A DNA stretch of 64,000 nt from Maritimibacter sp. (lineage in GTDB: Bacteria; Pseudomonadota; Alphaproteobacteria; Rhodobacterales; Rhodobacteraceae), in contig JAABTN010000013.1 in NCBI GenBank assembly GCA_011389895.1, positions 2,895 to 66,894 on the forward strand, read 5' to 3'. Position numbers and translations under genes: made by a program. The notes beneath the pieces are model-generated. The model saw only the letters and a program-made list of their open reading frames with translations. It had not been told where the DNA came from and ran no database searches. Below are positions 19,977-30,284 of this stretch, piece by piece. The number at the start of each line of letters is the position of its first letter. Position 1 is the first letter of the stretch.

Positions 19977-20717
19977 ATGTCTGTGCTTCACATGGATTTC
20001 AAGGACTGCGGGCAATGCCCGATCCGACATCGTGCGGTTTGTTCGCGCTGTGAACCCGATGAGCTCGAAGCTTTGGAGGCCGTGAAATATTACCGGACCT
20101 ATGATGCGGGCCAGCCCATCCTGTGGTCGGGTGACCATCTGGAATTCGTGGCCTCGGTGGTGACCGGGATCGCGACCCTGAGCCAGACGATGGAGGACGG
20201 ACGCACCCAGATGGTGGGGCTGCTTTTGCCGTCTGATTTCATTGGCCGCCCGAACCGCGAGACCGCCCCCTTCGACGTGGTGGCGGTGTCGGACGTGACG
20301 CTGTGCTGTTTCCGCCGCCGTCCGTTCGAGAACCTGATGGCCTCGACACCGCATATCGGCCATCGGCTTTTGGAAATGACGCTGGACGAATTGGACAGCG
20401 CGCGGGAATGGATGCTGGTTCTGGGACGCAAGACGGCGCGTGAAAAGATCGCCTCGCTGCTTTTGATCATCGCGCGCCGGGATGCGGTCTTGCGCAAGAA
20501 GGTTCCATCGGACGGGATGACCTTTGACCTGCCGCTTACGCGGGAATCGATGGCCGATTATCTTGGCCTGACGTTGGAAACCGTGAGCCGCCAGATCTCG
20601 GCGCTGAAAAAATCCGAGGTGATCGAACTGCAGGGCAAGCGCCGCGTCCTTGTGCCCGAGCTTGAACGGCTCGTCGCCGAGACCGGAGATGATTTCGATG
20701 GCGGGATGATTTCCTGA
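19977..20717 (+). CDS. fnrL: Fnr-family oxygen sensor FnrL
   Basis: N-terminal Cys cluster CGQC...C..C, later CC, HTH LTRESMADYLGLTLETVSRQ; context hemN-usp-ccoN. Confidence 0.95.
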   Translation: MSVLHMDFKDCGQCPIRHRAVCSRCEPDELEALEAVKYYRTYDAGQPILWSGDHLEFVASVVTGIATLSQTMEDGRTQMVGLLLPSDFIGRPNRETAPFDVVAVSDVTLCCFRRRPFENLMASTPHIGHRLLEMTLDELDSAREWMLVLGRKTAREKIASLLLIIARRDAVLRKKVPSDGMTFDLPLTRESMADYLGLTLETVSRQISALKKSEVIELQGKRRVLVPELERLVAETGDDFDGGMIS

Positions 20718-20761
20718 CCGGGCGCTGACCCGGACAACGCGCCAACCCCGAAGTAAGCACC

Positions 20762-20793
20762 GAAAAAAAGGGCCGGTGAACGTGTCACCGGCC
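20762..20793 (-). terminator. Intrinsic terminator of usp (possibly bidirectional with fnrL)
   Basis: ggccggtga-N5-tcaccggcc stem with an A7 run on its left. Confidence 0.75.
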
Positions 20794-20825
20794 AGTCAGG
20801 GAAGTTCCTTGTGGCTGCTGCCCCG

Positions 20826-21665
20826 TCAGTGGGCGAGAAGCAGCGGTGTTTCGGTTGATTCCAACATGCTGCGCGTCGCCCCGCCGAGGATCGATTCGCG
20901 GAAGCGGGAATGGCTGTAGGCCCCCATGACGACGAGGTCGGCGTCGGTGTCGCTGGCATGACGGGTCAGCACATCGGCGACCTTCGGCATGGTTTTCGAC
21001 AGCACTGACACCTCCGGGCGAATCCCGTGGCGCGAGAGCATCTGGCTCAACTGCCCGCCGGGGTCCGAACGCTCCGGGCCATGCTGTGGCGGGTCGATGA
21101 TGGCGATGTTGACTGTCTCGGCCTTTTTCAGAAATGGCATGGCGGCCTTCACCGCGCGCAATGCCTCGCGGCTTTCGTTCCAGGCGATCAGGATGCGGTT
21201 GATCTCTTGCGGGAATTCCTTGTCGGCGGGCTGGATCAGAACCGGCACATCGCCATCGAACATCGCGGCCTCTGTAATCGCCTCAAGATCGTGACTGCCG
21301 TTGTCGCCGTAGGGGCGCGGCATGACCACGAGGTCGGAAAACCGGGTGCGCTGGGCGATCAGGCCGTTGAGCGCGACCATCTGCGCCGACAACCCGGTGG
21401 CCGACCAGTTGAAGGATGCGCCTTTCAGCGCCTTGCGCGCGTGGTCTTCCAGCTCCAGCGCATCTTCGCGGGCCTGCCCAAGGCTGTCTTGCATGACGAC
21501 CGCCGTTGCCCCGGCGTAGTAAAAGCCCGGCTGGGTCCGGTCGAGACCGAGACAGATCACGTCGAGATGGGCCCCGAGCGTTTGGGCGAGCGTTTGCGAC
21601 GCCGCAAACGCCGGTCGGTTCTTTTCAATATCGGTGAGCACCGTGGTGATCGTTTGGTATGTCAT
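20826..21665 (-). CDS. Tandem-domain universal stress protein
   Basis: ILIAWNESREALRAV, DLVVMGAYSHSRFRESILGGATRSML. Confidence 0.92.
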   Translation of the reverse strand: MTYQTITTVLTDIEKNRPAFAASQTLAQTLGAHLDVICLGLDRTQPGFYYAGATAVVMQDSLGQAREDALELEDHARKALKGASFNWSATGLSAQMVALNGLIAQRTRFSDLVVMPRPYGDNGSHDLEAITEAAMFDGDVPVLIQPADKEFPQEINRILIAWNESREALRAVKAAMPFLKKAETVNIAIIDPPQHGPERSDPGGQLSQMLSRHGIRPEVSVLSKTMPKVADVLTRHASDTDADLVVMGAYSHSRFRESILGGATRSMLESTETPLLLAH

Positions 21666-21741
21666 GTGCGTGCCTCGATTTTTTGCCCGTGAAGCGGTGA
21701 GTGATTGGCGACGATCATGGGAGCGGTGAGAAGGCTTTTCC

Positions 21742-21755
21742 TTGATTTGGGTCAA
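21742..21755. promoter_or_regulatory. FNR box (usp side)
   Basis: TTGAT-ttgg-GTCAA. Confidence 0.8.
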
Positions 21756-21789
21756 TGCGCCGCACGGACCGAGGTTCCATTTGATTGTA

Positions 21790-21803
21790 TTGATATGGAT
21801 CAA
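21790..21803. promoter_or_regulatory. FNR box (ccoN side)
   Basis: Perfect TTGAT-atgg-ATCAA. Confidence 0.9.
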
Positions 21804-21911
21804 AGCGAATTGACCCCCTACGGTTCAAACCCGCATCCAGTCAAAGAGTGCGTCTGGAATCGGTCTGCAAACCGATAGGGCGTGCGAAGAAAGACACTGA
21901 AGGGACGAAAC

Positions 21912-23507
21912 ATGTGGGATTACTTGAAACTGGTGATCTACGGCCTGATTGCAATCTTGGCCGCAATCGCCTCCACCTATGCCCGCGATCTTGCCTACTT
22001 GGTCCACGCCATTCTGGTCGTGGCGATCGCAGCCGGGCTGTTCATCTATACGCTGCGGCGTATGGGGCATGAAAAGCCAGCTATCTCCGGGTATCTCGAC
22101 GCGCCGATCAGGGTTGGCGTGGCGCTTACCGCCTTTTGGGGCGTCGTGGGGTTCCTCGTCGGGACCTATATCGCGTTCATGCTGGCCTTCCCGGAGATGA
22201 ATTTCGCCTGGGCGGAAGGGTATCTGAACTTCGGGCGTCTGCGTCCGCTTCATACCTCGGCGGTCATTTTCGCCTTTGGTGGCACGGCGCTGATCACCTC
22301 GTCGTTCTACGTGGTGCAACGGACGACCGGTGCCCGCCTCTGGAACGATGGCTTGGCATGGTTCGTCTTCTGGGGCTATCAGATCGTGATCCTGCTCGCC
22401 GCGACCGGGTATATCCTCGGGTCCACGCAGAGCAAGGAATATGCCGAACCCGAATGGTATACCGACATCTGGCTGACCCTCGTCTGGGTCGGGTATCTCG
22501 TCCTGTTCATGGGCACGCTGATGAAGCGGAAAGAACCGCACATCTACGTCGCCAACTGGTTCTACCTGTCTTTCATCATCACCATCGCCATGCTGCACGT
22601 GGTCAACAACCTGTCGATCCCGGTGTCGGTCTTCGGCTCCAAGTCGGTGCAGGTCTTTGCCGGTGTGCAGGATGCGATGACGCAGTGGTGGTATGGCCAC
22701 AACGCCGTGGGCTTTTTCCTGACCGCGGGCTTCCTCGGGATGATGTACTACTTCATCCCGAAACAGGCCGAGCGACCGGTGTTCTCCTATAAGCTGTCGA
22801 TCATCCACTTCTGGGCGCTGATCTTCCTCTACATCTGGGCCGGTCCGCACCACCTTCACTACACCGCGCTGCCCGATTGGGCCTCGACCCTTGGCATGGT
22901 GTTCTCGGTGGTCCTGTGGATGCCGTCCTGGGGTGGCATGATCAACGGCCTGATGACGCTTTCGGGCGCTTGGGACAAGCTGCGCACAGACCCGATCATC
23001 CGCATGATGGTTGTCTCGGTCGGCTTTTACGGCATGTCCACCTTCGAGGGCCCGATGATGTCGATCAAGGCGGTCAACTCGCTCAGCCACTACACGGACT
23101 GGACCATTGGTCACGTGCACTCCGGTGCTCTCGGCTGGAACGGCATGATCACCTTCGGGATGCTCTACTTCCTGTTCCCGAAACTGTGGAACAAGGCCGG
23201 GCTCTACAGCCTTCGTCTGGTAAGCTGGCACTTCTGGCTCGCCACCATCGGGATCGTGCTCTACGCCGCCTCGATGTGGGTGACGGGGATCATGGAAGGC
23301 CTGATGTGGCGTGAAGTCGATGCGCAGGGTTTCCTCGTGAATTCCTTTGCTGACACGGTTGCCGCGAAGTTCCCGATGTATCTGGTCCGTGGCTTTGGCG
23401 GGGTGCTCTACCTCACCGGTGCGCTGATCATGGCCTATAACCTTTGGATGACCGTGCGTCGTGCGCCTCTTGATGAGAGTGCACCCGCCACGGCAGCCGC
23501 TGAATAA
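21912..23507 (+). CDS. ccoN: cbb3-type cytochrome c oxidase subunit I
   Basis: [43 protein letters not shown]. Confidence 0.98.
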   Translation: MWDYLKLVIYGLIAILAAIASTYARDLAYLVHAILVVAIAAGLFIYTLRRMGHEKPAISGYLDAPIRVGVALTAFWGVVGFLVGTYIAFMLAFPEMNFAWAEGYLNFGRLRPLHTSAVIFAFGGTALITSSFYVVQRTTGARLWNDGLAWFVFWGYQIVILLAATGYILGSTQSKEYAEPEWYTDIWLTLVWVGYLVLFMGTLMKRKEPHIYVANWFYLSFIITIAMLHVVNNLSIPVSVFGSKSVQVFAGVQDAMTQWWYGHNAVGFFLTAGFLGMMYYFIPKQAERPVFSYKLSIIHFWALIFLYIWAGPHHLHYTALPDWASTLGMVFSVVLWMPSWGGMINGLMTLSGAWDKLRTDPIIRMMVVSVGFYGMSTFEGPMMSIKAVNSLSHYTDWTIGHVHSGALGWNGMITFGMLYFLFPKLWNKAGLYSLRLVSWHFWLATIGIVLYAASMWVTGIMEGLMWREVDAQGFLVNSFADTVAAKFPMYLVRGFGGVLYLTGALIMAYNLWMTVRRAPLDESAPATAAAE

Positions 23508-23521
23508 GGGGAGCGCAGACA

Positions 23522-24274
23522 ATGGCAATCCTTGATAAACACGCCGTCCTTGAGAAGAACGCCACGCTTTTGCTGGTCGCCTCTCTCCTGGTTGTCTCCG
23601 TCGGGGGCATCGTCGAAATCGCCCCGCTGTTCTATCTTGAGAACACGATCGAGGATGTTGAGGGCGTGCGCCCCTACTCCCCGCTCGAGCTTGAGGGCCG
23701 GAACATCTATGTGCGCGAGGGCTGCTATGTCTGCCACTCGCAGATGATCCGGCCGATGCGGGACGAGGTGGAGCGTTACGGGCACTATTCCCTGGCAGCG
23801 GAGTCGAAATACGACCACCCGTTCCAGTGGGGGTCCAAGCGGACCGGGCCAGACCTGGCCCGTGTCGGGGGCCGGTATTCGGACGAGTGGCACGTCGATC
23901 ACATGGTGAACCCGCAGGCCGTAGTGCCGGAATCGGTCATGCCGAAATACGCCTTCCTTCTCGATCGTCCGATCGACGGTGAATACATCGCGGACGTGAT
24001 GGAAACGAACCGGTTCGTCGGGGTGCCCTACTCTGACGAAGATATCGAGATGGCGGTGGCCGATTTCATGAGCCAGGCCGACCCGTTCGGCGATGTCTAT
24101 GAAAACGCCGATCCGGACGCCGTGGTCGAACGCTACCCGGGGGCGCAGGTGCGCAACTTCGACGGGCAGCCCGAAGTCACCGAAATGGACGCGCTGATTG
24201 CCTACATGCAGATGCTGGGCACGCTCGTGGACTTCTCGGAGTTCGAACAGACGCCCGACGACTGGATCCGCTAA
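23522..24274 (+). CDS. ccoO: cbb3-type oxidase subunit II
   Basis: [32 protein letters not shown]. Confidence 0.98.
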   Translation: MAILDKHAVLEKNATLLLVASLLVVSVGGIVEIAPLFYLENTIEDVEGVRPYSPLELEGRNIYVREGCYVCHSQMIRPMRDEVERYGHYSLAAESKYDHPFQWGSKRTGPDLARVGGRYSDEWHVDHMVNPQAVVPESVMPKYAFLLDRPIDGEYIADVMETNRFVGVPYSDEDIEMAVADFMSQADPFGDVYENADPDAVVERYPGAQVRNFDGQPEVTEMDALIAYMQMLGTLVDFSEFEQTPDDWIR

Positions 24275-24281
24275 GGAGGAT

Positions 24282-24473
24282 ATGATGGACACTTACAGCA
24301 TCTTTCGCCAAATCGCGGACAGCTGGGTTCTCTTGGCCATGTTCCTGTTCTTCATCTTCACTGTTCTTTGGGTGTTCCGCCCGGGCAGCAAGGAGTTGCA
24401 CAAGGACGCGGCACAGGCGCCATTCCGGCACGACGATCAACCCGCCCAAGACACCGAGGAGGCGCGGCAATGA
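24282..24473 (+). CDS. ccoQ: cbb3-type oxidase subunit IV (CcoQ)
   Basis: 63 aa, single TM (WVLLAMFLFFIFTVLWVFRP), AQAPF; between ccoO and ccoP with GGAGGA RBS. Confidence 0.92.
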   Translation: MMDTYSIFRQIADSWVLLAMFLFFIFTVLWVFRPGSKELHKDAAQAPFRHDDQPAQDTEEARQ

Positions 24474-25330
24474 GTGATAAGAAACAAGACGTCGAAACCA
24501 CTGGACACGAGTGGGACGGAATCCAGGAATTCAACAACCCGCTTCCGCGGTGGTGGCTGTGGACCTTCTACGCCACGATCATCTGGGGCATCGGCTACAC
24601 CATCGCCTACCCGGCATGGCCCTTGGTCGAAGGCGCGACCCGCGGTGTTCTGGGCTACTCGACCCGGACCGAGGTTGTCGCCGAGATCGACCGCTTCGCC
24701 GAGATGAACGCGGGCGTGAAGGCCGAATTGGCGGCGATGGACGCAAACGAGATCCCGAACAACGAGGCCGTGTATAACTACGCGATCCAATCGGGCCGGG
24801 CGACCTTTGCAACCTTCTGTTCGCAGTGTCACGGATCGGGTGCCGATGGCATCGCGGCGGGTAACGGGTATCCCAACCTTCTGGATGATGACTGGCTCTG
24901 GGGCGGCACGCTCGATGCCATCGTGACCACGGTCGCGCATGGGATTCGGAACGAGGACGACATGGACGCGCGTTACTCGGAAATGCCCGCCTTTGGCGAC
25001 GACTACCTGTCGGATGACGAGATCAGCAACGTGGTGGCCTATATCGGGTCGCTGTCGGGGATGGAGTTCTCGGGCGACGCAACCGCCGGTGAAACCGTCT
25101 ATCTCGACAATTGTTCGGCCTGCCACCTCGAAGACGCCAGCGGCGACCAGATGCAGGGCGCGCCCAACCTGAGCGATGCGATCTGGCTCTACGGCTCGTC
25201 CGAAGAGGCCATCGAGCATTCGGTGCGCGTCGGCCCCTATGGCGTGATGCCGAGCTGGACCACCCGTCTCGACGAAGCCGAGATCAAGGGTGTCGCGGCC
25301 TATGTTCACCAGTTGGGCGGCGGCGAATAA
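24470..25330 (+). CDS. ccoP: cbb3-type oxidase subunit III (diheme)
   Basis: TTGHEWDGIQEFNNPLPRWW, CSQCH and CSACH heme motifs. Confidence 0.98.
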   Translation: MSDKKQDVETTGHEWDGIQEFNNPLPRWWLWTFYATIIWGIGYTIAYPAWPLVEGATRGVLGYSTRTEVVAEIDRFAEMNAGVKAELAAMDANEIPNNEAVYNYAIQSGRATFATFCSQCHGSGADGIAAGNGYPNLLDDDWLWGGTLDAIVTTVAHGIRNEDDMDARYSEMPAFGDDYLSDDEISNVVAYIGSLSGMEFSGDATAGETVYLDNCSACHLEDASGDQMQGAPNLSDAIWLYGSSEEAIEHSVRVGPYGVMPSWTTRLDEAEIKGVAAYVHQLGGGE

Positions 25331-25349
25331 GCCGGCCAACATAGCAGAT

Positions 25350-25553
25350 CCGGGGCCTCACTCCCCGGTAACGGCACCGACCCCTGATCCTGTTCGCGCG
25401 TTTCTCCGGGGTTGGTGCCACCTTCTTCACAGGGGCAAGGGGCAACCTTTGCCCCTGTTTCCATGGTCGCCCGACCGGGCAAGCAGACAGCAAGAAGCGG
25501 CCCTCCAATCAGAGTGCCGCTTCCCCCTGATCCTGTTCGCGCAGTCTCCGAGG
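25350..25553 (+). repeat. Hairpin array with two identical 19-bp copies (cccctgatcctgttcgcgc) downstream of ccoP; candidate structured RNA
   Basis: Copies at 25381-25399 and 25524-25542; stems at 25350-25368, 25373-25419, 25429-25458 (GCAA tetraloop) and 25495-25522. The repeat is directly visible; the RNA role is inferred. Confidence 0.7.
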
Positions 25554-25742
25554 TCATGGGCGTTTTGTCACAGGCGGTGAGCCGGGTCAAAAGAACAACG
25601 AAAAGGGACAGGTTATCAGGCACTTGAGACCCGGCGCGACGCCCTGCCGCACTGGGTTGAATGTTAGTGATTTCAGGTGCTTAAAAGATATGGTGAAAAT
25701 TAACATTACGTTGCGTAAACGGCTGCCGGGGGACAGGGAATG

Positions 25743-25756
25743 TTGATCCAAGTCAA
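25743..25756. promoter_or_regulatory. FNR box upstream of ccoG
   Basis: TTGAT-ccaa-GTCAA. Confidence 0.8.
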
Positions 25757-25818
25757 GGCTCGCAAGGCCTGCGAAAACCTAGAACCGATGAGACACGCCA
25801 AGCCAGGAATGGAACCCC

Positions 25819-27255
25819 ATGTCCACCAGCGAAACACCTGATCCAGCCCCGAACCTCTATGCAAAACGCGAACCGATCTTTCCGCGCCGGGTGCAGGGCC
25901 CGTTTCGGGCGCTGAAGTGGATTCTCATGGCGGTCACGCTGGGGATCTACTACCTCACGCCGTGGATTCGTTGGGACCGGGGTCCGAACCTTCCCGATCA
26001 AGCGGTGCTTGTCGATCTTGCCAGCCGCCGCTTCTATTTCTTCTGGATCGAGATCTGGCCGCATGAATTCTACTTCGTCGCGGGGCTTTTGATCATGGCC
26101 GGTCTCGGCCTGTTTCTGTTCACCTCGGCGCTGGGCCGGGTCTGGTGCGGCTATGCCTGCCCGCAAACCGTCTGGACCGACCTTTTCATCCTTGTCGAAC
26201 GCTGGATCGAAGGCGACCGCAATGCGCGGCTTCGGCTTTGGAACCAGAAGCTTGATGCGCGCAAATTCCGCCTGCGTTTGACCAAGTGGACCGCTTGGCT
26301 TTTGATCGCGCTGGCGACCGGCGGGGCGTGGGTGTTCTATTTCACCGATGCGCCCACGCTTCTGGTCGATCTCTTCACGCTGAATGCGCATCCGGTGGCC
26401 TATACCACAGTGGCCATCCTGACCTTCACCACCTTTTTCTTCGGCGGCTTCGCACGCGAGCAAATCTGCATCTACGCCTGCCCGTGGCCGCGCATTCAAG
26501 CCGCGATGATGGACGAGGATACGCTTACCGTCGCCTACCGCGAATGGCGCGGTGAACCGCGTGGCAAGCACCGCAAGGGCGAGGGCGCAGAGGAGCTTGG
26601 CGATTGCATCGACTGCATGGCCTGCGTGAACGTCTGCCCAATGGGCATCGACATTCGCGATGGTCAGCAGATGGAATGCATCACCTGCGCGCTTTGCATC
26701 GACGCCTGTGATGACGTGATGGCCAAGATCGGCAAGGAACGCGGCTTGATCGACTACTTCGCCCTGAAGGACGAAGAGCATGAACGGGCGGGGGGCCAGA
26801 AAAAGCCGCTTATCAAACATGTCCTGCGCCCGCGCACGTTGCTTTATACCTTCCTCTGGGCGGCAGTCGGTGTCGGCCTGACCGTGGCGCTTTTCGTGCG
26901 CCCGGATCTTCAGATCACCGTGCGCCCGGAACGCAACCCGACCTTCGTGACCCTCTCGGACAGCTCCGTGCGCAACACCTACGAGGTCGGCGTGCGCAAC
27001 AAGCATGGCGAAAGCCGCCCCTACTACTTCTCGCTCGGCGTCGACAGCCCGTTCGATGTTCAGGTAGAAGGGACGGAGGAGCGCATGATCGTTGTGCCGC
27101 CGGACACCGAAACCAAGATCCGGGTCTATGTGACATCGCAGCCCGGCTCGGAACAAAGCCGCCGCGACCGCACCGAAATTCGCCTCTGGGTCATCGACGG
27201 GGTCGAAGGCAATCGGGCTTACCGTGACACAGTCTTCAATGGGAGAGGGCAATGA
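25819..27255 (+). CDS. ccoG: cbb3 assembly ferredoxin-like membrane protein CcoG/FixG/RdxB
   Basis: GRVWCGYACPQTVW, CIYACPWPRIQ, CIDCMACVNVCPMGIDIR, CITCALCIDAC. Confidence 0.97.
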   Translation: MSTSETPDPAPNLYAKREPIFPRRVQGPFRALKWILMAVTLGIYYLTPWIRWDRGPNLPDQAVLVDLASRRFYFFWIEIWPHEFYFVAGLLIMAGLGLFLFTSALGRVWCGYACPQTVWTDLFILVERWIEGDRNARLRLWNQKLDARKFRLRLTKWTAWLLIALATGGAWVFYFTDAPTLLVDLFTLNAHPVAYTTVAILTFTTFFFGGFAREQICIYACPWPRIQAAMMDEDTLTVAYREWRGEPRGKHRKGEGAEELGDCIDCMACVNVCPMGIDIRDGQQMECITCALCIDACDDVMAKIGKERGLIDYFALKDEEHERAGGQKKPLIKHVLRPRTLLYTFLWAAVGVGLTVALFVRPDLQITVRPERNPTFVTLSDSSVRNTYEVGVRNKHGESRPYYFSLGVDSPFDVQVEGTEERMIVVPPDTETKIRVYVTSQPGSEQSRRDRTEIRLWVIDGVEGNRAYRDTVFNGRGQ

Positions 27256-27746
27256 CAATGCTTCAAGACACGCAAACCAAGGATCGCAAATTCACCGGCT
27301 GGCACGCGTTGGCGGTCTTCGTGGGGGCCTTTGCGATCATCATCGGCGTGAATATCTTCATGGCGACCAAGGCGATCTCGACCTTTCCGGGGCTGGAGAC
27401 GAAGAACTCCTATGTCGCGAGCCAGAAGTTTGACAACGATCTGCGCGAACAGCGCGCGCTGGGCTGGGAGATTAGCCCGACGATGTCGGGTGAAACCCTG
27501 ATGCTGATGATCACGGACGAGGCGTCCGGGCAACCGGTCGAGGTCCGGGATCTTGGCGGCATCCTTGGGCGTGCGACCCACGTGAAGGATGATCAGGAAC
27601 CGGTGTTCAGCCGCACCATGTCAGGTGCCTATGTTGCCGAGGTCGGTGCGCTGGATCACGGCAAATGGGAGCTGCGCCTGACCGCCACCGCCGCCGACGG
27701 CACGCCGTTTCGACGGATCATCGAACTCTACGTTCCCCGGAGCTGA
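27252..27746 (+). CDS. ccoH: CcoH/FixH assembly protein
   Basis: FTGWHALAVFVGAFAIIIGVN, TFPGLETKNSYVASQKF. Confidence 0.92.
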   Translation: MTMLQDTQTKDRKFTGWHALAVFVGAFAIIIGVNIFMATKAISTFPGLETKNSYVASQKFDNDLREQRALGWEISPTMSGETLMLMITDEASGQPVEVRDLGGILGRATHVKDDQEPVFSRTMSGAYVAEVGALDHGKWELRLTATAADGTPFRRIIELYVPRS

Positions 27747-27754
27747 GCTGAGCC

Positions 27755-29956
27755 ATGGCCGCCCCTGTCTCTGCCTGTCCTGCCTGTGACGCTGCACATT
27801 TCGCCGAAGAGACGGCGGGGCGTGGATATGCGGGTGATGGCGGCGAAGCGAAGCGCATCATGCTGTCTTTGCCCCAGGTCTATTGCGCCGCCTGTATCGT
27901 CGGCGTTGAAAGGGGGCTGGCGGGTTTGCCCGGGGTGCGCTCGGCGCGCGTGAACCTGACCCTGAAACGCGCCACGGTCGAGGCCGACAAGGATGTCGAG
28001 CCCGAGGATCTCGCCAGCTATCTCACCGGGATCGGGTTCGAAGCCTATGAACTCGACGCGGGCGCGCTGTCGGCCACCGAAACCGACAAGCGCGGTCGCG
28101 ATCTCATGATGCGGATGGGCGTGGCGTTCTTCGGGATGATGAACGTGATGCTTTTGTCCGTGGCTGTATGGTCGGGTGCGACCGAGGCGACGCGGGACAT
28201 GTTTCACTGGGTCTCGGCGGCGATCGCGCTGCCCATCGTCGCCTTCTCGGCGCAGCCGTTCATCAAAAGCGCGTGGAGCGCGCTTCGCGTCGGGCGGCTC
28301 AACATGGATGTGCCGATCTCGCTGGCCATCGTGCTTGCCGCCGGGATGTCGGTCTACGAGACGATGCACTCGGGCCAACACGCCTATTTCGACGCCGCGC
28401 TGTCTTTGACCTTCTTCCTTCTGGCCGGGCGCTACCTTGATCACCGGACCCGCGCCGTTGCGCGGTCTGCGGCCGAGGAGCTTGCCGCGCTCGAAGTGCC
28501 GCGCGCCCACAAGGTCGTCGAGGGTCAGGATATCGTGGTGCCGGTCGCCGAATTGTCGGTGGGCGATGTCGTGCGGGTCACGCCGGGGAACCGGGTGCCG
28601 GTCGACGGAATGGTGGAAGAGGGCGAGAGCGAAGTGGACCGATCGCTTCTGACCGGTGAGAGCCTGCCGGTCTTCGCCGGCCCCGGCGAGATGCTGAACG
28701 CGGGCGAGGTGAATCTCACCGGGCCGCTCATGATCCGCGTCGCGGCGGCGGGCAAGGATACCGCGCTGCACCGCATGGCCGACCTTGTCGCCATCGCCGA
28801 GACGGCGCGCAACAAATACACCTCGCTGGCCGACAAGGCGGCAGCCCTCTATGCCCCGGCGGTGCATTTGCTGGCGCTGGGGGCGTTCATCGCATGGCTG
28901 TTCATTTCTGGCGGCGATGTGCGGCTTTCGATCAACATCGCGGTCGCGGTTCTCATCATCACCTGCCCCTGTGCGCTTGGGCTTGCGGTGCCTGCCGTGA
29001 CCACGGCGGCCTCTGGGCGGCTGTTCAAGAAGGGCATGCTGTTGAAATCCGCCACCGCGATGGAGCGGTTGGCCGAGGTCGATCACGTGGTGTTCGACAA
29101 GACCGGGACACTGACTGAGGGCGATCCGAAGCTCGACAATCTGGGCGATCATGACCCGGCAGACCTGGCCATTGCCGCCGCTCTTGCACAGGGGTCGAGC
29201 CATCCCTTGGCCCAGGCCATCAGCCGGGCCGTGGCAGGCGCCAAGGTGCTGCCCGCCGTTGTGAGCGATGTGCGCGAGAAACCCGGTTTCGGGATCGAGG
29301 CGCGGCATGCGGGCGAGGTGGTGCGCCTTGGCCGGGCCGAATGGCTGGGGGCCAAGGGCATCGACCGCACCGCGACATATCTCAAGATCGGCAAGCGCCC
29401 GGCGGTTGCCTTCACCTTCAACGACGCGCTGCGCGAAGGCGCGGCCGAGGCGGTTGCGGCGATGAAGGCGCAGGGCTGCAAGGTCACACTTATCTCCGGC
29501 GACGCCCCGGCTGCGGTGCAGGACGTGGCCTTCCGGCTGGGGATCGAGGATTATCGCGCGGGCATGTTGCCGGAAGGCAAGCTGGCCGCGCTGGACGCGC
29601 TGTCGGCAGAGGGCGCGAAGGTTCTGATGGTCGGTGACGGGCTTAACGACACCGCCGCATTGGCGGCGGCGCATGTGTCGATCTCGCCCGCCTCCGCGCT
29701 GGAAGCGGCGCGGGTGGTGTCCGACATCGTGCTGCTTGGCAAGACGTTGGAGCCGCTTGGGGACGCGCTGTCGACAAGCAGGAAGGCGACCCTTCGGATC
29801 AAGGAAAACTTCGCAATTTCGGCGGCTTACAACGTCGTGGCCATTCCCATCGCGCTGCTTGGATTCGCAACGCCCCTTGCCGCTGCCTTGGCAATGTCGC
29901 TGTCATCCATTACCGTGTCCCTGAATGCTCTCCGATTGAAAGCCCGCGCGCGATGA
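27755..29956 (+). CDS. ccoI: Cu-translocating P1B ATPase CcoI/FixI
   Basis: CAAC metal-binding motif, TGES, CPC, DKTGTLT, MVGDGLND. Confidence 0.97.
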   Translation: MAAPVSACPACDAAHFAEETAGRGYAGDGGEAKRIMLSLPQVYCAACIVGVERGLAGLPGVRSARVNLTLKRATVEADKDVEPEDLASYLTGIGFEAYELDAGALSATETDKRGRDLMMRMGVAFFGMMNVMLLSVAVWSGATEATRDMFHWVSAAIALPIVAFSAQPFIKSAWSALRVGRLNMDVPISLAIVLAAGMSVYETMHSGQHAYFDAALSLTFFLLAGRYLDHRTRAVARSAAEELAALEVPRAHKVVEGQDIVVPVAELSVGDVVRVTPGNRVPVDGMVEEGESEVDRSLLTGESLPVFAGPGEMLNAGEVNLTGPLMIRVAAAGKDTALHRMADLVAIAETARNKYTSLADKAAALYAPAVHLLALGAFIAWLFISGGDVRLSINIAVAVLIITCPCALGLAVPAVTTAASGRLFKKGMLLKSATAMERLAEVDHVVFDKTGTLTEGDPKLDNLGDHDPADLAIAAALAQGSSHPLAQAISRAVAGAKVLPAVVSDVREKPGFGIEARHAGEVVRLGRAEWLGAKGIDRTATYLKIGKRPAVAFTFNDALREGAAEAVAAMKAQGCKVTLISGDAPAAVQDVAFRLGIEDYRAGMLPEGKLAALDALSAEGAKVLMVGDGLNDTAALAAAHVSISPASALEAARVVSDIVLLGKTLEPLGDALSTSRKATLRIKENFAISAAYNVVAIPIALLGFATPLAAALAMSLSSITVSLNALRLKARAR

Positions 29957-30114
29957 ATGTTCTCGTCTACCTGATCCCGGTCTCGATTTTTCTCGGTGCC
30001 ATGGGGCTCGCGTTCTTCTTCTACACGATGAAGACGCGGCAATATGACGACCCCGAAGGCGATGCGCGGCGGATCCTGTCCGGTATTTACGACGACGCTC
30101 CGCCGGAAGACTAA
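29953..30114 (+). CDS. ccoS: CcoS/FixS maturation protein (absent from the ORF track)
   Basis: Manual translation MNVLVYLIPVSIFLGAMGLAFFFYTMKTRQYDDPEGDARRIL...; ATGA overlap with ccoI. Confidence 0.95.
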   Translation: MNVLVYLIPVSIFLGAMGLAFFFYTMKTRQYDDPEGDARRILSGIYDDAPPED

Positions 30115-30284
30115 GACCGATTTTCACTGTGCGATTCCTGAGCGCCTAAAAAGCAGGCGCTCTGCCGTGAATTCAGGCAATTGCCCGGCTGCATCCCGGC
30201 TTTGTCGCACCGAACGCCTGCGCGCGTCCTGACTCTCATCCTGCGATACGAAACACTCTGGCGACAGGCACAGCCGGAGGAATC

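Noticed and set aside
25350-25553. CRISPR interpretation of the 19-bp repeat
   Set aside because: Only two copies, about 124 bp apart, with no cas genes; does not fit an array.
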